From Octopus vulgaris (taxonomy: Eukaryota), in NCBI GenBank assembly GCA_951406725.2, contig OX597816.1, forward strand, positions 156,364,001 to 156,428,000: a stretch of DNA of 64,000 nucleotides. Direction: 5' to 3'. Numbering within the stretch: the first letter of the stretch is position 1; every line of letters begins with the position of its first letter. Under the pieces are notes generated by a model, which saw nothing but the letters and a program-made list of their open reading frames with translations, was not told where the DNA came from and ran no database searches. The position numbers and the translations under genes are program-made. Below are positions 57,726-64,000 of the stretch, piece by piece.

Positions 57726-58739
57726 TAGCGATAGTCATTGGTGATTTTCTTTGAGTTTTCAAATTTAAAAGTTATGAATATTCATAGTGGAGCAATAAAG
57801 TCAAGTCTGATACCGTTTCAGATCTGCCCACCTCTTTATTTACAATTGATTTTTGATGGTAGCACGTTGTCTGTGCACTTCTGTGGTCGGCATCAAATTA
57901 AGATAACATAAAGCTGATAAAAGTTTTCATCGGAGTGTAGTTTATATGTTAGTGAGCGTTTATGATTCGTGCACATTTTGCTATCGTTAAGCTTCCACAG
58001 CTAATCTATTATTATGTCATTTGTTTATTTGTAGAACTCTCACGCAAGAGCGATACATTCTCATATTGGCTGAATATGTAGTTACAAATAATAGTCATTA
58101 AATCGTATAATACAGAACTTAGAAAAAAAATAAGTACATAAAAATAATATCTTATACAGGATTCCAAGTAAAAGATTAACGCAGCGCAAGCATACATAGG
58201 GAATCCATGTAAAATTAACATTTAAAATAAGGTGGAGATAACAGGCAAATGACTTTATAATCAATGAAGGGGATTTAAAAAGTGTATCTATTCAAAATTT
58301 TTTCTATTTTCTGTCAACAATAACATCTTGGCAACAACTTACTTCTGTTTTTACGTCATTCTCCAAAATGCACTGAAAGGGTTTTGACGTGAAATATGAA
58401 GGATTTGGTAAAGGTTTTGTTACAAAGTAAATATAAATAACTAATATAGAAATAGCTATAATCATTTATAAGCAACTCTTAAACCTCCCACATACGTGTA
58501 CTGCTATTCAAAAAATATTAAGCTCCCCATATATACAAATACACAAAGATGTACGCACGCTCACACACGTACATACATACATACATACATACATACATAC
58601 ATACATACATACATACATACATACATACGTCTGTGTGTTTTTGTGTATGCGTGCATGTAAAAAGTCTTAGGTGTAAATTTAACAGGCTGCAAAGTAAAGA
58701 GATATAAATTTACCGCATCCAAATATAAAAGTATTTTAA

Positions 58740-59300
58740 AAATTGAGGAAAAATAGATTATGACTTCCATACCAGACCTCAAGACTGCCCTGCACACTGG
58801 CGCATATATTCCTTACTATGTCTCGTGGAAGGTCTTCGAACACCTCCTTGACCTTCGCCACCAGATCGGCCTTCGTGTTTCAGGCAGAGCGGTTGGTGTC
58901 TTAACCGCGTCATGCGCATAGTGATCCATGAGACTACAATTGAGGAAATTAGGAGGCCGGAAATTGGGGCTGGTGAAGTCGTAGAAATTCTCCGGTAATC
59001 ACTTCTGTTATTTCATGAAGTAGGGCTGGTGCCTAATCCTTATACCATATTTATGGCCTTCCAATCGCCACCTTCCCCAACCAGGAATTGACCACCGCCA
59101 CCAGCAGCAACCGTCTCCAACCAGGGATTGACCACCCCCTCCAGCAGCTTCACATATCCTTCTGATCTGAGCCTCAAACCCTGATCAAAGATGTGCGGAT
59201 AAATTTCAGTGTGCCACCGCGTTCAAAATGTTTGCTGTGTCCCTTCGTGCTGGGCATCACTTTGGACGTGTGTTGCAGCAGCCCGCATCACATCTTACAA
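58740..59300 (-). mobile_element. Decayed, internally deleted Tc1/mariner-superfamily transposase (probably maT/DD37D-like)
   Basis: Minus-strand frames give PHIFDQGLRLRSEGYVKLLEGVVNPWLETVA, ENFYDFTSPNFRPPNFLNCSLMDHY (compare WPPxSPDLNPxDY) and DTNRSA*NTKADLVAKVKEVFEDLPRD. It has stops, frameshifts and a ~40-bp internal tandem duplication near 59077-59148. Confidence 0.75.
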
Positions 59301-60281
59301 CCTTTACAGAGATCAGAATTTTAAGACCCGGTATAAATTATTACGATACAGACAATTGCTTTCCAATATTCAGATTTCCACTACTTTATGTGAAGTCAAT
59401 TTTTTCTCAACTACAACTATAATTTTTATGGTCTTCGACACCGTTAACTATTCACCAATACAGCAAACTGATGCTGACAAAAGAGGGCATCAAATCGACA
59501 AATTTATCCGAACATCTTGTTTATGTATGTATGCATGTATGTATGTATGTATGTATGTATGTATGTATGTATGTATGCATGTATGTATGTATGTGTATAC
59601 ATACACACATATGAATATATACATATGTTCATATGTACCTAGAGGAGAAGTATGAAATAAGGGCAGATACAGATCTCTTCCAAATGAGCATTAGTAAAAT
59701 CTATTTATCCGGAAAAAAAGAATTTAAAAAATGGAGCAGTTAACTGAGAGAAGTACATGGGTCCTTGACACGTAAAACACAAACCATAGAAAATATTGAT
59801 CATGTCAAAAGTTTAACATCGAGTACCGTCAAGTTCATAACATCTCACTTCACATTACACCAGTTCACTCAGCCGTCAAAATGAGTCATCCTGGAATAGA
59901 TCGAAGTCTCATTCTGGCACCGGAGAATATATACGCCCCAGAAACCAGGAAACCGGGTTTATGTGTTTGATTCTGAAATGACCTTTGATTCTATCATTTT
60001 TGTATACGTATGTATTTGAATAGTTCTTGCTTTGTAATGTGTGTATGAAAACTGAACACTTACAGTATTGAAGTGTTATGGCTGTCCATTAGAATATAAG
60101 CACGCACAAGTATAGTTATGTATTGTTGACACGTTAATTTTTCAACGATATTATTCAGTATAGAGTGGTGAAGTAGTTTTTAGGACGTGACAGGTAAAAC
60201 AATTCCTCTTCACCTGTTTAATTGTCATCTATTCGGTTGTATTTAATAGACAAATCTTCCTGTCACTTTATAGTATAGAAA

Positions 60282-60677
60282 TCTAATCTATATACATAAA
60301 GCTGAAGATGTCTGTGTATGGCAGGTTTGGTAGCCTTCAACTAACACTATCTCCTCCGAGACCCTGTGGCACAAGTTGACCAAAATTGAGAGTATGATAG
60401 AAGAAGGCTTGCTCTTCATTCCGTAGAAGATAAGATTCAAATCGGACCATGTTAAGACCAAGAATTATTTACATCAAAAAGGTGCTTTTTTTCTATGAAA
60501 ATCCCTATTTTTTTACGATGTTTTGACTGCTGTGTCGTCATTTTTCGGTGTATTTCAACAGGAAAAATGTTCACTTAAAGAGAATAACAAGCTACATAAT
60601 GCAAAATTTTTACTTTTCAAAAATTCCAATTCTAAAGGGTCGAAACAAACCCGAGCAACGCCGAGCAATACTGCTAG
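60282..60677 (+). mobile_element. Non-autonomous Helitron-like element
   Basis: Starts a|TCtaatctatatacataaa and ends with an imperfect GC-rich hairpin-like cccgagcaacgccgag about 8 nt before a terminal CTAG. No TSD. Confidence 0.6.
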
Positions 60678-61548
60678 AAAAAAATAAAGCGAAAACGAAT
60701 CCTACAGTTTTCCGGCAGCACAAATACACTTTATTAAACTTTTACAGGTGGCGGGATAACAGTGACTTCAAACTATGCTTTGCTACAAAAACTGTCAACC
60801 AATTTTGGTCAATACATTATTTATGTGATACAGTTGACAGTTGAATTCAACTTGTTTTCATATGCAAAATCTTTGCATATATTGAGGGATTAGGTAATTT
60901 CTATTTTTCTGCCTCGAAATATATCGTATTATGTAAAGAAGATGTATTTGAATATGGAAACGAATGTCAAGACCGAGATTTTGACTCTTGTCCAGGAATT
61001 GAGAATAAGTCTGCTACACAACTTAGTGAGAATGATACTATTCATATAATTTCTACGTACACGTTTGGCTAAAGCCTATAGATACATCATACATTGAACC
61101 ATAGCAGACAAACAAGGTATAGTTGAGGTATCAGTAATGTATTAATCAAATTGTTGTCATGAAGGCTCGATAAATGCAAATTGGACTCTCCAGTTTTCTG
61201 AAGCCCTAAATATTAGACTCTTTATAAGATGTATATCACTTCACAGTAAAAGAGCGTAATCAGTATCGGCATTAGGCGTGTACCCAGGAGATTGATAATC
61301 GAAAGCTAGACCTGATGATAGCGCTTTTCTGTTCACGAATAGAAGGTAGATACAGAGTGGCCAAAGAGTTCGTGCTAACTTTGATTATACATTCAATTAT
61401 AAACTGGTAAAGCCTCCCTGTATAAACATTGAAATTAGGGGTTTGTATCTGTCTGTTGCGTAAATAGAAAACGTTACATTTCTTCATTTACACATTGTTG
61501 CATGCGCAGACACACATACTCATATACAAGCATATATGTATATATGTA

Positions 61549-61617
<69 letters not shown>

Positions 61618-61841
61618 GAGTGTGTGTGTGTGTGCATTTGTCTATAAGGGAACCAGTTTTTCTTTTAAATGTCATATGCTTTATTCTACTTTGATTCTTT
61701 TTATAAGAGTTTCGTATTTATAAATTAGATCCGTGTAGTTTTCTTGCAGCTGTAAAGTTCCTAAGATTATTTTAATGTCAATCAATATTTCTGGGTTACC
61801 TCAGGGTTCATCTTCAGGATGCGAATGTTTGGTCTCTACTG

Positions 61842-62630
<789 letters not shown>

Positions 62631-63840
62631 TTTATATATATATATATATATATACAACACGTGGAACAATTACAGTATTATTATTATTAGGCGCTCAGGA
62701 AAATGGAAGAAGGAGGGTATGAAGTTTCGAGCGGAGCTCTTCGTCGGAAACATAGGAGAAAGAAAGATCCCGAGACGGGAGGACAGAGGAAAAAAAAAAA
62801 TTGCAGGTAGTCTTCACGAGGTCACATACTATATATATATATATATACATTCATATATAAGCTATTTATAAGGATACAGTTAGCCGGAATCAATGAATAA
62901 TACTCTGAACAATTGAATATAAAGTTCTAAACGTTATGTAAGAGAGTTAACCTCTTGGAAAATCTTATTTGTTTAATTTAAAAACCAATATCATAGAGCG
63001 AGATTATTGTGTTACTGAATGTGTAGCCTAAAAACATTTGGAAAGAAACGTCCAGCTCTTCTAAAAAGTAATTAAAAAATCATAACCATTTAACAAAAGC
63101 TTGCATAGGAAATTGGCGCATACGGGAAAAATAATAACATTTAATATGTAAGAATGCATTACAAAATATTGGATGGGATGGAGAACTCAAGTAAATATGA
63201 ATTATCTGTGATTGCAAACTAGAAAAATAAATTTGAAAAGAAAGACATCTTTCTTGTGAAGTACAAGGAAGGATGTACATAACGAGAAGTAACTGTAAGA
63301 AGTGTTTTAAATATGAAAAATTTAGGTAGTATTAAATATTTTAATAAATAAATGAAGTTACGTGATTATGACACATGATGCTAATGTAAACGATAGCAAA
63401 AAGAATGATACGATGTGACTGGGTGGAGTATTAAAAGATTATCTAAAATATGAACCGTTTATATTATTGAAACCTTGCCTTGGGATTGGAAGACAAAACT
63501 GAGTTAAGTAAAATGCACCGGAACCGCATACATTGATGCACACATATATTTCCCTTCCGGCGCACAAACATGCACACGCACACACATACCTGCACAAGCA
63601 TATACACACATATATTTCTAAGGAAATAGTAAATCGTGTCATCAACGTTTCTCCGTTCATGCGCTTCTTTACAAATGCGTGACGGAGTCAAAGACTGCAG
63701 TGTGTAAACTACGAATGCGCTGTCAACCATTCCTGTCTGAAAATTTACGGAATCCTTCAATGTATTGAGTAAAGGCCTTCAGTCCACACTTCACTGCATC
63801 ACTGTATTTTCATATAATTATAAATAGAAATAAACATATA

Positions 63841-64000
63841 GATGCAGGAGTGGCTGCGTGGTAAGTAGATTGCTTACCAACCACATGGTTCCGGGTTCAG
63901 TCCCACTGCTTGGCACCTTGGGTAAGTGTCTTCTACTATAGCCTCGGGCCGACCAAAGCCTTGTGAGTGAGTTTGGTAGACGGAAACTAAAAATCGCCCG
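63841..64000 (+). mobile_element. SINE family A 5' half (cut by the window end)
   Basis: Near-identical to 39581-39740. Confidence 0.85.

Overview
AT-rich eukaryotic DNA, very dense in microsatellites and SINEs. The repeat landscape suggests an octopus/coleoid cephalopod; this is inferred, not proven. The only credible host coding sequence is the first coding exon of a group III-like metabotropic glutamate receptor (minus strand, 35240-34623; signal peptide plus the start of the Venus-flytrap domain). It ends at a perfect AAG|GTAAGT donor, and no downstream exon is recognisable in the remaining 34.6 kb. Candidate 5'UTR exons lie at about 36-37 kb. The rest is intronic or upstream DNA containing three tRNA-derived SINE families, LINE relics (R4/Dong-like, CR1-group, RTE), DNA-transposon relics (maT/mariner, piggyBac, hAT-like MITE, a TTAGGG-carrying MITE with an 8-bp TSD, a Helitron) and several hammerhead-ribozyme-like (Penelope-type) motifs. 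The most unusual structure is at 46208-46527: two inverted hammerhead-like arms enclosing a ~96% identical copy of genomic sequence lying about 580 bp upstream. Nearly all ORFs in the supplied track are microsatellite artefacts. Identities were counted by eye and repeat boundaries are approximate.
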